A stretch of DNA of 64,000 nucleotides from Eledone cirrhosa (lineage: Eukaryota), in the NCBI GenBank assembly GCA_964016885.1, contig OZ024743.1:63550001-63614000 (forward strand), written 5' to 3'. The position numbers and the translations under genes are program-made. Positions within the stretch are counted from its first letter, which is position 1. The number at the start of each line of letters is the position of its first letter. The notes beneath the pieces are model-generated. The model saw nothing but the letters and a program-made list of their open reading frames with translations. It searched no databases and was not told the origin of the DNA. Of this stretch, positions 33,463 through 46,010 are shown piece after piece.

Positions 33463-35560
33463 TTACCGTACTTTTGGTAGAGGAGGGATGGTTTTTACAT
33501 CCCTTTTCACTTGATCGTCTGGTGAAGGGACCGTTGAATCGTCCCTTCGGCTGGTCGTCGGCTCTTCTAAGAGAATGTCTGAGTATACTCTTCGATTGAT
33601 GGTTCCTCCTAGGTCCCTGAAATCACCAACTGCGTTGGGGAATTTCGTTTTAATATTTGTGTATTGTTTCTGTGCTATTTTTAGCAGTCTTATGTTAGTT
33701 GGCGTTTTGATTGGTGCTGGTATTATGTAGTCCTGTTGTGAAATGTCTGTGTGTTCAATTATGTAAGTCATTAGTTTCTTGTTGTGTGTATTTATTGCCG
33801 TGCATTTGTTTTTATGGGGGTGGGGTGTGGTTCTGCTATTTTCTTGTCGTTGTTGCTGGGTGTGTGTGTTTTGTTGTTGTGTTTGCGATGTTGGTGCTTG
33901 TGGTGGTGGTGTTGAAGGTGTTGTTGGCGGTGGGGTTGTCGCCGGTGGTGATGGTGGTGCTGGTGTGGGTGGTGATGGTGTTGGTGGTGTTGCTGCTGTG
34001 GGTCTCTTTGCAGTAGACTTTACCCTTTTCTCATTTCTTTCCTCCCTTTTCAAAGGCGACGATGCGCTGCTTCTGCGTTTGTGCCTTCTTGCGACCTTTT
34101 GCCATCCCTCTCCCACCTCACACTCCATGTCTGATTCTGTAAGGTCGGGGAGGGGTACCAGCTCCACTCTTTCACTTGTTGTTGTTGGTGATGTTTGCAC
34201 TGGAGTCTCTGTTGCAGCTGCATTTGGTATTGCTGTTGTTGTTGTTAATATTTCCACTGCTGCTGCTGTCTTTGATTTCCGTGGAGTGGGTATGGGTGCC
34301 ACGGACCTATCGTTCCTGGTTGCCTCTTGTCCTGTTGCTGGTAGCCGTGGAGCCGGATTCGGAAGGAGGGGGGTTTTCTCCTTTCTCAGGGTCTTCTCGT
34401 TGCAGAAGGCCCTGAGGTGAGTCTTCGATCCACAGCGAAAGCATTTCGGGCGTTTGCCCTCAACACTTATGGGCAGTTGAGTGCCGTTATCGAAGTCTAT
34501 CACATCCGGGATAGCTTCGATGCACTCCTGGTTGGTTTGGATTAGCATCTCAATGGAGGAGCCGACCCAATCTTCTCTTACTTTTTTCTGTACTTGCAGT
34601 ACAGTTGTTTTGTCCTCGATTCCGACGAGGACAGACGCGGCCAGCCAAGAAGGGGTCATTCCGGGGGGGACGTGGGTCAGTTTGACCCTCACAATTTTTT
34701 GCCCGCAGTAGGAGGGCACCAACACCATTTCCTCGCTCCTTAGGGTCACTACTGATTGGGCCTTTGCCTCCTGGGGTGTGGCAAAAAGTACGTCTACGGT
34801 GGCGTATTTTTTTGCCTCGGGTGATGTGCGTTTTCCTCTGCCACACAGACCCCAAGGCTTTTTGTATTTGGGCCTCTGTGGCTCTTTCCACCCTACGGGA
34901 TTTTGTACTTACTGTACGGTACGTGACCGTACAGTGCTCTTGGGTTTCGAAAAAATTTTTCGCTGCCTTGCAGATTGCTCGGTGTCCGTTCTTTGTCACC
35001 ATCTTCTTCGCTTCCTCTAATTCCTCATTTGTTATGAGGATTGTTTCCAAGTTTTTCGCAATACCTGCAAATGAGATTGGTTTTTCTCTGCTGTTGTTGT
35101 TGTCGTCAGAGCTGCTGGTACTTTTGTTGTTGCTGCAGGTACTACGACTACTGCCTCCGCCGCTGTTGCTGTGGTTGTTGTTGGTGTTGCTGCTGCTAAT
35201 GCTGTTGTTGTTTATGCTGCTGGTGATGCTGTTGCGGCTGCTACTGTTGTTTTCATTGTCACTGTTGCTGTTGTTATTACGGCTGCTACTGCTATTATTC
35301 CTGACGTCAGACGAATGAACTGGGTTTTCGTATTTCCCGCACACCTGTTTCGTCGCTGTCGTCGTCGTCGTGGAGAAACCTTGCACGCTTTGCACGAGAC
35401 TTTTCTTTTCTTTCGTCGCTTGCGAAAGAGAAGGGAGGGAGAGAGACACATTTAAAGAAGGGAGGGAGAGAGACAATCTTCTCTCTGCTGTAGTGATGAT
35501 TGAGGAAGAAGAAGACGGAATGAGTGGGAGTGACGTATGAAATTTCTTTTTCGTAGCCAT
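33463..35560 (-). pseudogene. ORF1 with +1 frameshift (copy 4)
   Basis: T7 at 34807-34813 versus T6 in other copies splits the ORF; could be a homopolymer sequencing error. Confidence 0.8.
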
Positions 35561-35773
35561 GTTTTTTTGTTTAAAATGAAATTTTGGGTACAAAACCCCA
35601 ATAACTGGTTATTTAACCCCGAAGGGCCAAATAACGGACAGAAAGACCCCTCTCACGAGGAGGAGGGTGTCTTTATCAACAATTTGGTTCAAGTTTTAAA
35701 CAATTTACAATTGTTTTAACGGTTAAAAATTACTATACCTTACAGAGCCGAGCCTCCGTCAACCATGGCATTC

Positions 35774-35809
<36 letters not shown>

Positions 35810-35811
<2 letters not shown>

Positions 35812-36017
35812 TTTCTTTATTGGCCACAAGGGCTGACATCAAGAAAAATATTACAGACGGCACAGGACGGTACGATGTGGGTTTTGTGTGTGTAAAGATT
35901 TTTATTATTTATATCAGAAAAGAAAAAGAAAAAAGACATAGAAACAGATATATATATATATATATAAACAATAAAAATGAAAATTCAAACAATGAAAAAT
36001 TCCCCAATAGGGGGGAA
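35810..36017 (-). mobile_element. Tx1-family 3' UTR stub (diverged subfamily)
   Basis: GATTTCTTTATTGGCCACAAGG terminus and TTCCCCAATAGGGGGG motif; bounded by AAT tracts. Confidence 0.85.
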
Positions 36018-36029
36018 AATAATAATAAT

Positions 36030-36123
36030 TGTTTTTCTACTTTTTGGCACAAGGCCAGCAATTATCCCAGTGTATTACTGGTACTTTATTTTATCGACCC
36101 CGTAAGGATGAAAGGCAAAGTTA
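36030..36123 (-). mobile_element. SINE S1, 5'-truncated
   Basis: 3' half of S1 following (AAT)4. Confidence 0.85.
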
Positions 36124-36133
36124 TGCTAATAAT

Positions 36134-36494
36134 GTTTTCTTTATTGACCACAAGTGTTGTCAAAAAGTATAACATTAAGGACAGCACAGGATAGAACAAA
36201 TGGGCGTTTCTGCATGTAAAAACAAAAACATAAAATAAAAACAAAGGATGTAACAAAAAAAGGAAACAAAGAAAAGTTCCCCAATAGGGAGGAGACCTCC
36301 AAAGGTCACTCATGGAGAAAGCCCACAAAAAAGCCACAATGACCCTGACCATCAGGGCAAGTGCCCTCTCCCAGTTTTCTACCTCCAATCTACAGGCACA
36401 TACTCAGAGCAGGCCCATTCATTCAGGCTATGCTTACCTCTCTCACCCATATTTCAACAAATTGCTGGGAAGGGAGCACCTCCCTCTCCATTCT
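36134..36494 (-). mobile_element. Tx1-family 3' stub (end of ORF2 + 3' UTR)
   Basis: Homologous to 12332-12695; AAT repeats on both sides. Confidence 0.88.
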
Positions 36495-36852
36495 AATAAT
36501 AATAATAAAGATAACAATCTCCACACACACACTCTATACAATAAGTACCTCATAAAACAAAGCAGCACAACTTGTGCAACATATAATCTACAAGATTTAA
36601 TAACCAATACAATAAAACAGCTCACATTACACATACCATACATGACAGAACAAACACTTAAATAACACAAGAAACAACAAGCTAACCTCCATAACAAAAC
36701 AAATCTGATGCAGTACACTAACAGAAGGAGTCTATACACCCTCAACCCTAACCCCAAAGAAGATGTGTACCTGATATTGTAATAAGAAACTTGCATGAAA
36801 TCGGCAAATAAATAATGATGATAACAACAATGATAAAAATTGTATCAATAAT

Positions 36853-37350
36853 TGTGTCTGCATTTTGGACAAGGCCAGCAATTTTAAGGGAAGGGAAAAG
36901 TTGATTAAATCGACACCAGTGTGTTACTGGTGCTTTATTTTATCGACCCCTTAAGGATGAAAGGCAAAGCTAACCTCAGCAGGATTTGAACTCAAAACAT
37001 AAAGGGCCATAAGTATTTGCCAATACTGCTAATAATAATTTAATTTATTTGCCACAAGGGCACAATATATGGGGACAGATACAACACAACCCAAAGTAGA
37101 GTTAGCATCAAATAAAGGAGAGAGGGGAAATCAACAATAAAATGTAGATACAACAATGACAATAGTAATAATTGTTTCTACGTTTGGCACAAGGCCAGCA
37201 ATTATCCCAGTGCATTACTAGTACTTTATTTTATCGACCCCGTAAGGATGAAAGGCAAAGTTAATCTTGGTGGGATTTGAATTCAGACCGTAAAGGGGCG
37301 TAACTCTATGCTAAAAAGCATGGCGTCCGACCCTCCACCGATACTGCCAC
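36853..37350 (-). mobile_element. SINE S1 / Tx1 3' stub / SINE S1 cluster ending the chain
   Basis: S1 at about 36853-37030 and 37172-37350; TTTATTTGCCACAAGGG Tx1-like terminus at about 37040; AAT spacers. Confidence 0.78.
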
Positions 37351-37362
37351 AATAAAGATAAC

Positions 37363-37735
37363 CATATGATTTCAAGTTTGCTCCCACTGCAAGGCACCTT
37401 GAACAAGAGCCTTCTACTATAATCTTGGGTTGACTTGTGACTGACATTTGGTATACAGAAACTGTTTGGAAGCCCATCACAATATATATATATATATATA
37501 TACATATTGAGCACGGCACTTTATTTCATGTTGCTCCCTTTTACTCAGCTGTAGAAATGTGTTGCGACATCACTTGTGCCAAGCTGTATCAGCCTTTACC
37601 TTTCCCTAGGACAACATTGGTAGTATGGAGAGGGGAGGCTGGTATGCATGGGTGACTGCTGGTCTTCCACCAACAACCTTGCCCGGACTTGTGACTCAGA
37701 AGGGTACTTTCTAGGTGCAAATCACATGGTCAATT
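37363..37735 (+). mobile_element. Fragments of two other tRNA-SINE families (S2 then S3)
   Basis: 37363-37480 resembles 44115-44280; 37507-37735 resembles 51820-52125. Confidence 0.65.
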
Positions 37736-39075
37736 TTTTATATATATGTGTGTGTGTGTATGTTTACATTTACTGTTTGTTTATGTCCTGTAACTTAGTG
37801 GTTTGAAAAAAGAGATTGATAAAATAAGTATCAGACTTGAGAAAATATCGAGAAAAAGTTTCTGTTTTTTTTTTGTTTTTTTTGTTAAACTTAAATGACT
37901 TGACTTACAGTTAGTTTTTATGAAGTTCTTTACACACACACACAGAATAACAAATATACATTTATAAACTTGGTGACAAACATTGATATATACACACATA
38001 CTCTGGTTTTCAACTTTTGGGATTGATATGATTGACTAGAAATTCTTTCAAGATGATGTCCCAGCTGGAACCCGCAAAAAAAAAAAAAACTAAAAGACAT
38101 CACCCAAACTATGTCATATAAAACAGGTACATCTCATATCTAAAATAAAATCATTGAAGTGTCATTACATTTCATATCTGTGTTTTTTATCTCTCTTTTT
38201 TAAAAACTTCTTTAGAACAGCAATAGATGATTGAATTGATAGAGTACTTGACAGTAAGCCAAAAGGTCAGTGGTTTATAAACTGTCACTGTCATTGCTGT
38301 GTACTTAGCTCAAGACAAATAGCTCTCATTAGTTTTAACCCGTTCATTAACATATTTCTAATGGAAAATAATCAAGAATTTGAGACGTTTACTGATATAA
38401 CTCATTTTCTCACTATTAATCTTGCATAAAATTATGATGGAAGGTTTTTAGATAAATATAAACACTTTAAAATAAACAGTTTTGTGTTGTAAAAACAGAA
38501 GCAGCTTTGTGTGTTTTGGTAGCAGAAGATTTAAAGCAACACTAGTTGGTTGAATCTATAAAGTATATAACAGTAAACCGAAAGATTAATGGCTTGTATT
38601 CTGTCATTGTCACTGCAATGCACTTAATTAAGCTCAAGAAAAGTAGCTCTCATTAACTTAACACTTTCATGACCATATTGCTAATGATATTTACAGTATT
38701 TCAATTAATTAATAAAGAAATTGGAGCAATTTGCTAAAAGTATTATTTCAATATTATGATGGTATTTGTAATATAACTTAACAAAATGTTCGAATATCAA
38801 ATTATTTTGGTAGATTATAATTTAAATAGGAACCCTTTAAAATGGATTGTTTTGTTTCATAGAATGAAAGGTGGTTTTTGTATCAAAGGGTTAAATGTCT
38901 TATCCACTGACATAAACGGTTTGCTAGCAAGGTACAAGACACAAACTTATGAGCTGAATGTTCAGTTTTCTAATCTGATCCATATATATAATCCTCAAGT
39001 GTTTACTATTTTTGAGAAATATTGATAGAAAGGATTTTAGAAAGACAATAACGATGTTATTATTTTCAAAATAAA

Positions 39076-39260
39076 GGGCGGTGGATTGGCAGTATCGGTA
39101 GCGGGTCGGGTGCCATGCTTTCCAACATAGTTACGTCCCTTTACTATCTGAGTTCAAATCCCGCCGAAGTTGACTTTGCCTTTCATCCTTACGGGGTCGA
39201 TAAAATAAAGTACCAGTAATGCACTGGGTAATTGCTGGCCTTGTACCTAAAGTAGAAACA
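39076..39260 (+). mobile_element. SINE S1, full length, with TSD
   Basis: A/B boxes; direct repeat ATTATTTTCAAAATAAA(GG) at 39059-39077 and 39261-39279. Confidence 0.92.
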
Positions 39261-40851
39261 ATTATTTTCAAAATAAAGGTTTTCATTTTAATTCAAGATT
39301 TTCACTAGTGAATATCATCATCATCATCATTATCATTATCATCATTTTATGTCTGCTTTTCCTGTTATTGTGGGTTCGACAGGTCGTCACAGTCCGAGAC
39401 TAGATGGTTTGGAGAGCAACATCTTGTTCATACGTATATGTTCTCGTTTTTCAGCACAGTTTCTATTGCTGGATGCCTGTCCTATTGCCAACCACTTTGC
39501 AGAGTGTATTATTGGGTTCATTTTATCATGGCACTAGCACTACCACTTTTCAGAGTGTACGGGATGCACATTATCATAGCATCAGCGCTATCACCTTACA
39601 GGGTGTATTGGGTGCATTTTATTGTAGCACCAGTACTTGAGAGATTGTCATGTACTCAGTAAGACCAAGGAGTCCTCACTACCATATATTGTCTCTATTC
39701 AAGACTTCTCTCTCTCATTTTTTTATAATGGCAAATTTCTTAACTCTTGATGTCCCATGCCACATGTAACTGCATTCACAAGACATTCCTGAAAAGTATT
39801 AAATGACACAATGACTCTATCACATTAAAAACTAAAGTCTTTCCTTTAATACTGCGAATATTCACAAAGATCTGTCTAGTAGTAAAGATACTATAAACAC
39901 TTTAAATTTAAAAAATGTTTCTAGATTTTTTCTGCTAAATCATTACAGAATGTTTAGAGTTAAATATATTTTTCATCTGGTACATCAGCATGATTATATT
40001 ACTGATCAATATGGTGACTACAACACTGTGCTTCAATAAGCTTCTGGGTTATTGCATGCAGAAAACACTTTCTTCCCTTTCACTTCCTAATTTACTAAAT
40101 ATGGAATGTTATTCAATTTAAGGCACATAGATCAAAGCCCCCCCCTCTCTCTATATATATAACGAATATAAGAAAAACATAAAAGAATATATATATATAT
40201 GTATATATATATATGATTATGCTTGTGGCACCATTACATATTGTCAATAAAGTTCTAGCTAATAATGTTCAGATATAGATTTTCCTTCTTTTTTTTTATT
40301 CCTACTCTACACAGACAATTGATTTGGGGACCTATAACCCATTAATGTCTTCATCCTTTGTGAATGTAAATCTCATGTAAATTTAAATGTCCCTGCAGGC
40401 CACAGGGGTCTCATAAGTGTTACTGCTTAATTTTGGTTTCATGCTATTAAGTAGATGAAAAAATACATTTCTCAGTCTATCACTGAAGATATTCTAATAT
40501 GATCTGTTGCCTATTTCTGATAACTGGGTGAAATCATACCAAACAAGGAACCACTACATATGCTCATTCTATCTGCTAGAAATAGCATCCACATCACTAA
40601 AAGGAAGAGCTGTGGTGATCAGGCTCTCTGGAATGAGCATCCTGTCTGCATGAACTGCACCATCTGTGTCATCTTTCTGTGACATATTTATATGTATAAA
40701 TGAATATATGAACATTTTTTTCTTTTCGATGTATATATGGTGCCATATAAGTGCTTTATTATTTGCTCAGGCTTTGATGGAAATCCAGGTTTTTGTATGA
40801 ATAGCAGGCTTGCTGCCTGCAGTCTATGGTACTATGCTGCACATATACCAT

Positions 40852-41480
40852 TCAGCTGTCAGGTACTTTTCTGATTTTCTTGGTTGTTCCAAGAAGACAT
40901 ACTTTCTGCAATAGCTCAACATGGTGTATGATGACAATTTTCTTTGGGTGTTTTCTAATATCTTTTGTCACTGATCCCAATGCTCCCAAAATTATTAGTA
41001 CTGTCTCAAAACACTTCATATTCCATATCCACGCAATTTCATATTTCAAAGGATTGTATGTATCTTCCTTTTTCTGCTTCTTTCTTTGTTACTCTTGAAT
41101 CAAATAGGCAAGCCACATCAATTAACCCTTTAGCATTTACATTACTCTATATTTACTATTGTATTTTCATGGTAAAGGCTTTATCTCACATAATTATCTC
41201 ACATAATACTGAATCTATGAGATTTTGATATTGAGGTTTGAACAGAAAGAGGTGAGAGAATTCTGGCCAGATACAGTCAGTTTAAATGCTAAAGGGTTAA
41301 TAGGCATATCTTGTTAACCTTGTCAACCACTGTTATGTCTGGTTTACTGTACTCTAATATTTGGTCAGTCTGTATTGGAAAATCCCAAAGTATTTTACAC
41401 ATTTCTGATTCAATTATTCTTTGCGGCTTATGATCACACCAGATCTTTCCTCTTTTCTCACACAACTTCAAATGTAATCA
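40852..41480 (-). mobile_element. R4/Dong-like non-LTR fragment (restriction-like endonuclease C-terminus), interrupted by a MITE
   Basis: ILWDFPIQTD..KPDITVVDK, then GALG and LQKVCLLGT..IRKV motifs. Confidence 0.75.
41126..41296. mobile_element. piggyBac-like MITE (internally deleted copy)
   Basis: TIR CCCTTTAGCATTTA / TAAATGCTAAAGGG with TTAA on both sides; longer copy at 60658-60878. Confidence 0.85.
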
Positions 41481-41649
41481 TAGCTTGAACTGATTTTGAA
41501 AAGCTATGGTGATCAGGCTTTCTGTAAGTCAGCTCCAACTCTCTGGAATATGCTTCCTCTGTCTGCATGAAATGTCCCATCTGTTTCAGATCAAAGTTAA
41601 TGTGAAATTCTCATGTTTATATGTATAAATGAATATATTATTATCATTT

Positions 41650-42505
41650 AGGTGGGTAATGCAGTCAGTGGAGATTCCACTCTTATTTCTATAGAGGATT
41701 AGAGGGGAGCAAGTGCAATGATGCTCTTGGAGAGGCTCAGGGTGTCAATGAAATCAAACTGACCAGTTTGTTCTGGAGGACTTTTGAACCAGGGACTAAG
41801 AATAACTTCCCTCACTTCGCAGTGCTACCGGGATGCACTGCCTCTTCTGCAGGCATGGAAGTGCTGTCAGACTGACCTGCCTGAGATGCATGCAGAGTAA
41901 CAAAACTATTCTGCATGCACTCGTTCAGTGTCCATGCATTACTGACTTGTGGAGTCAGCTGTTATCACGTGTAGTATGGATCTGACTATCAACTGAGTCC
42001 ATATTGAAGATCACCCTACCACTTTCTTTTGGCCGGGAAGGACAGGCAGTTTTCCTGTCTGGTGGCTGTAGCAAAAGAGGTTGTGTGATGGACTAGGTTA
42101 AAAGGACTGAAGACGGACACTTTTCTCTTCAGCTAATCCATCATCAACTTTTTCAAATTTCACTTTGAAAGGAAGGTGAGGGTGGAGATAGAAGTGGTGT
42201 CCTCCAGTACATTTGCTAAAAGATGGGTGAATGTGGCGAGAATGGCCCGTGTGAATGGGCTTAACTCTGAGCATGCACCTGTAGGCTGGTTGATTTGAGG
42301 AGGAGAAGGGTGCTCTTCCTGGAGGCTCTCAAGGCGTCAAGTGGTTCAGGATTGGTGGGGTACCTGAATTACCCCTGGGTGGTTCTCCTCATTATTGGGG
42401 AATTCTGTTGTTTGTATTTTATTGTTTATTGTTATTGTTGTATTTATTTTTTACTCAATTCTTTTGTAAACTGCCATTGTCTCTGTCTTTTTGCATTGTC
42501 CCCTA
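41650..42505 (+). mobile_element. Old Tx1-family 3' fragment
   Basis: Degenerate match to the ORF2 C-terminus (HALVQC, WTRLKGLKT, RWVNVARMARVNG) and 3' UTR ATTGGGGAATT; preceded by ATTATTAT. Confidence 0.85.
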
Positions 42506-43193
42506 AAACTGTTAGCAGGGAAAGTAGATGTTCAGTGATGGCAATAATGAGGATGATGATGATGATGATGATCATGATAGTCCAATATCTTATCCATTCA
42601 TCCATTTCATAACAGTACTGAATGGTAACTTACAAACATGTAAATTTAAACATAAAATGTTCTTAAAAGCCATAAATGGCTTTTAAAAACTTTACATATA
42701 GCAAACGTTGGTTCCATCCTGTACATCTTGAATTATTTGCAGAGAAATTTTTATTTGGTTTGAAGAAAAATCACATTGGTAGAATCAGCTCAGGTAAGAT
42801 GTAACTTACTGCACAGTAGAATAGCTTGGAGATTTATTGGTAAATAAAGAGGTGTAATTGTGAATGTAGATGTGTATTACTAACTATAGTAGTGATTTCA
42901 TGGTTATAGGGAAGTTCAAGATTAAAGGTTATAATGGAAGTTAGTCTGATAACAGCAAAAGAACAGCATCTATCAATCAAGAACTATTTAAAAAAATATT
43001 ATAAGATGACTAGATTCTTAATATTATAAAAAGACTAAACTCTTCGAACAGTAACTGCAGACAGTTTGAAGACTGCAAAGAGGTGATCAATTATATTGCA
43101 TCAGCTTGTGCAGTCTTAGAAAATATACTGTATATATCTATGATATAACAGAATTTGTTAGTAAATACTCTCTGAATATTAAAAATTAGTATA

Positions 43194-43393
43194 NNNNNNN
43201 NNNNNNNNNNNNNNNNNNNNNNNNNNNNNNNNNNNNNNNNNNNNNNNNNNNNNNNNNNNNNNNNNNNNNNNNNNNNNNNNNNNNNNNNNNNNNNNNNNNN
43301 NNNNNNNNNNNNNNNNNNNNNNNNNNNNNNNNNNNNNNNNNNNNNNNNNNNNNNNNNNNNNNNNNNNNNNNNNNNNNNNNNNNNNNNNNNNNN
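43194..43393. other. Assembly gap (200 N)
   Basis: Run of N; true distance unknown. Confidence 0.99.
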
Positions 43394-44114
43394 AACCCAT
43401 GCTAGCAGAGAAAATAGATGTTAAATGAAGATGGTGGTGATGATAATGATTGTTAAAAAAGCCAGAGACAAAAGCTAAAGCTGGCTCATTCTGTTTCTAT
43501 CATACAAATATCCATATGATTGGTGCTTACCTTAGGCTTATATTAAGCAAGTATAAGAGATATACACATCACTTCCATTATCTTACTACTGCTTGCAAAA
43601 CTGATGTCAAACCACCCTGGTTCTATGATACAAAACTGTTTGTTTTAAAGTGTTTATATTTATCTTAAAAACTGTCATAATTTTGTGTATTTTTATTAAG
43701 CTATGTTAAAAACACCAGTTTAACAATGAGATAGTTATTTGATTAAATTTCCCTAAATCCTTGGTTATTTTCAAAATTATTTGAAAATCATAGGTGGTGT
43801 TTTTCCTGAGAAACATAGCAATGAAAGGGTTAAAATGTGTATCACCCTCTTCATCACCATCATCATTTAATGTCCAATCTCCCTGCTAGCATGATTTGTG
43901 TGCTAAGTAACTGTGGTAAACAAGAAACTAACTTGATTCCTGGTTGTGCAGTTGCCTATTTACTCAACCATCACCCCTCTCACACTGAGACAAAAATCAA
44001 AGAAAGTATTGGAGGAATTCTTTGCATATAAAAACTCAGAAATAGAAATAAACACAAATTGTACCCAATAAATGGTAGGTTTTGTAAGGCTAATATAAAA
44101 AATGTTACAAATAG

Positions 44115-44280
44115 GTGAAGGCATGGGCTGTATGGTTAAGAGTTAACTTCACAACCATGAGGTTTTGAGTACAGTCCTATCACATGACACCTTGGACAAG
44201 TGTCTTCTACTACAGCAATAGGCTGACCACTTTCTCAAGAGTGAAATTTGGCAGACAAAAACTGTATAGAAGCCTTATCA
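44115..44280 (+). mobile_element. tRNA-derived SINE family S2, diverged
   Basis: tRNA-like head, then CACCTTGGACAAGTGTCTTCTACTA; related to 37363-37480. Confidence 0.6.
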
Positions 44281-44989
44281 AGCTGGGTTTTAGAACATAA
44301 CATAACAAAGGTTCTTGCATTAAATTATGATGGAAAGTTTTTAGATAACTATAAACACTTTAAAACAAACACTATCGTATTGTAGAAGCAGAGGTAGTTT
44401 CAGGTGATTTGGCACCAAAGGAGTCAATAACAGACTCTATAGAGTCAGTAAATTCAGCCATAGAAACCATGCCAAATATGGAACATATGAGCAAGATGAG
44501 GTTGTTCTGACCTGTCCAGTCTCAGAGCATGATAACCCGTCCAAATTTTACCAGTGTGGAAAGCTGATGTAAAATGATAATGGTAATTGATAATGATAAA
44601 ACGAAAAAACAAAACAAAAAAAACAAATAAACACTTATTAATTTTACTATGATGTTTCTGTTTACAACAGGGAGGCAATTTAGCATTTGGTGCTCATTCA
44701 TAGTTTATAGAACTGGACCACTATGAGTCATGTGTCATTACCATGAAGAGAGGGCAATACCAATAATAGAATATGAACTATTTGTCCTTTGACTGGTTAG
44801 TGTCCTGTAGCTCACTATCAATACAACTATAAGTGTGAGTTGCTCAGCTATTTTATCAACCTGACTCATATGATGATGAAATGTTGACTGTATATGTACT
44901 AGCAGGCTGAATGATTGTTTCTTTCATTGACCTGAGGTCTAGTATTTAATGGTAGTATGTGTGTATGTGGGGGAGGGGGGGGGGGGGTC

Positions 44990-45310
44990 GGTGTGTCTGT
45001 GTGTCTGTTTATGAATGTATGTATGTGTTTATGCATGTGAGTGTCTGTTTATGCATGTGTGTGTGTGTGTTCATGCATGTGTGTGTATTTATGCATGTGT
45101 GTGTGTGTGCGTGTCTATTTATGCATGTGTGTTTGTGTGTGTGTGTGTTTATGCATGTGCGTGTCGGTTTTTATGCATGTATGTGTGTGTGTTTATGCAT
45201 GTGTGTGTGTGTGAGTGTGTGTCTGTTTATGCATGTGCATGTGTGTTTTCATGCATGTGTGTGTGCGTTTATGCATGTGTGTGTGTCTATTTATGCACAT
45301 GTGTGTGTGA
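44990..45310. repeat. Compound (GT)n/TTTATGCAT minisatellite
   Basis: Recurrent TTTATGCATGTGTGTG units. Confidence 0.92.
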
Positions 45311-45399
45311 TACAGTATTAACAATATAAATAAAGTGAAACCATTACAGTCAGAAATCAAAATTAATATAATAATAATGCAATAGTTGTATGGTTTAAA

Positions 45400-45640
45400 T
45401 GAAGGCTCGTCGCTTAGTGATTAAGGTGCTGGGCTCATAATTGTAAGTTCACGAGTTCAATTCGAGGATCAAGCAGTGCATTGTGTCCTTCAGCATGACA
45501 CTATATTTCACAATGCCGAGCAATACTGACCTTTGCCTTTTTCTTGGACAACATTGATGGCATGGAGAGGGGGAAACGGTCATGCATGGGCAACTGCAGG
45601 TCTTTTATAAGATACCTTGCCTAGGCTTGTGCTTTGACTG
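45400..45640 (+). mobile_element. tRNA-derived SINE family S3, diverged
   Basis: Head with GAGTTCAATTC; body resembles 51820-52125. Confidence 0.65.
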
Positions 45641-45844
45641 ACAGGTGGGGTGAGGAGAGGATGCAGGGATATGCTTTCTTTCTTTTTTGTGCATAGTTTA
45701 GATCCTTCCACTTCAATTCCTAACCCTGAAATATCACGAAACATAAGGTAAAAGTATAAATCATTGTTTTATTTGTTCCTTTACTCCCCTTTTCACTCCT
45801 TTATTTCTCACTTGCACTGAACCAGCTTTGACACTGATGGTTAT

Positions 45845-46010
45845 AATGAGGATGATGATGATGACATCAAAGACAATGATGATGATGATGACATCAAAGA
45901 CAATGATGATGATGATGACATCAAAGACAATGATGATGATGATGATGATGGCATTGAAGACAATGATGATGATGATGATGATGATGATGACATTGAAGAC
46001 CATGATGACC
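45845..46010. repeat. (GAT)n-based higher-order repeat
   Basis: Units of (GAT)4-8 + GACATCAAAGACAAT / GCATTGAAGACAAT. Confidence 0.9.

Larger units (their letters stand above)
29747..35773 (-). mobile_element. Tx1/L1-clade LINE young copy 4, full length
   Basis: Same termini as copies 1-2; (AAT)12 at 35774-35809; several private substitutions. Confidence 0.96.

Noticed and set aside
34807-34813. Programmed frameshift in ORF1 of copy 4
   Set aside because: The extra base is in a homopolymer and absent from three sister copies; mutation or sequencing error.
12332-35773. LTR retrotransposon or pure satellite duplication
   Set aside because: No LTRs, protease or integrase; a 5'-truncated copy, different spacer lengths and mixed subfamilies require independent TPRT events (copy 2 excepted).
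12287-35809. Telomeric retrotransposon array or CRISPR-like array
   Set aside because: Spacers are AAT, not TTAGGG; ordinary sequence continues on both sides; no repeat-spacer architecture or cas genes.
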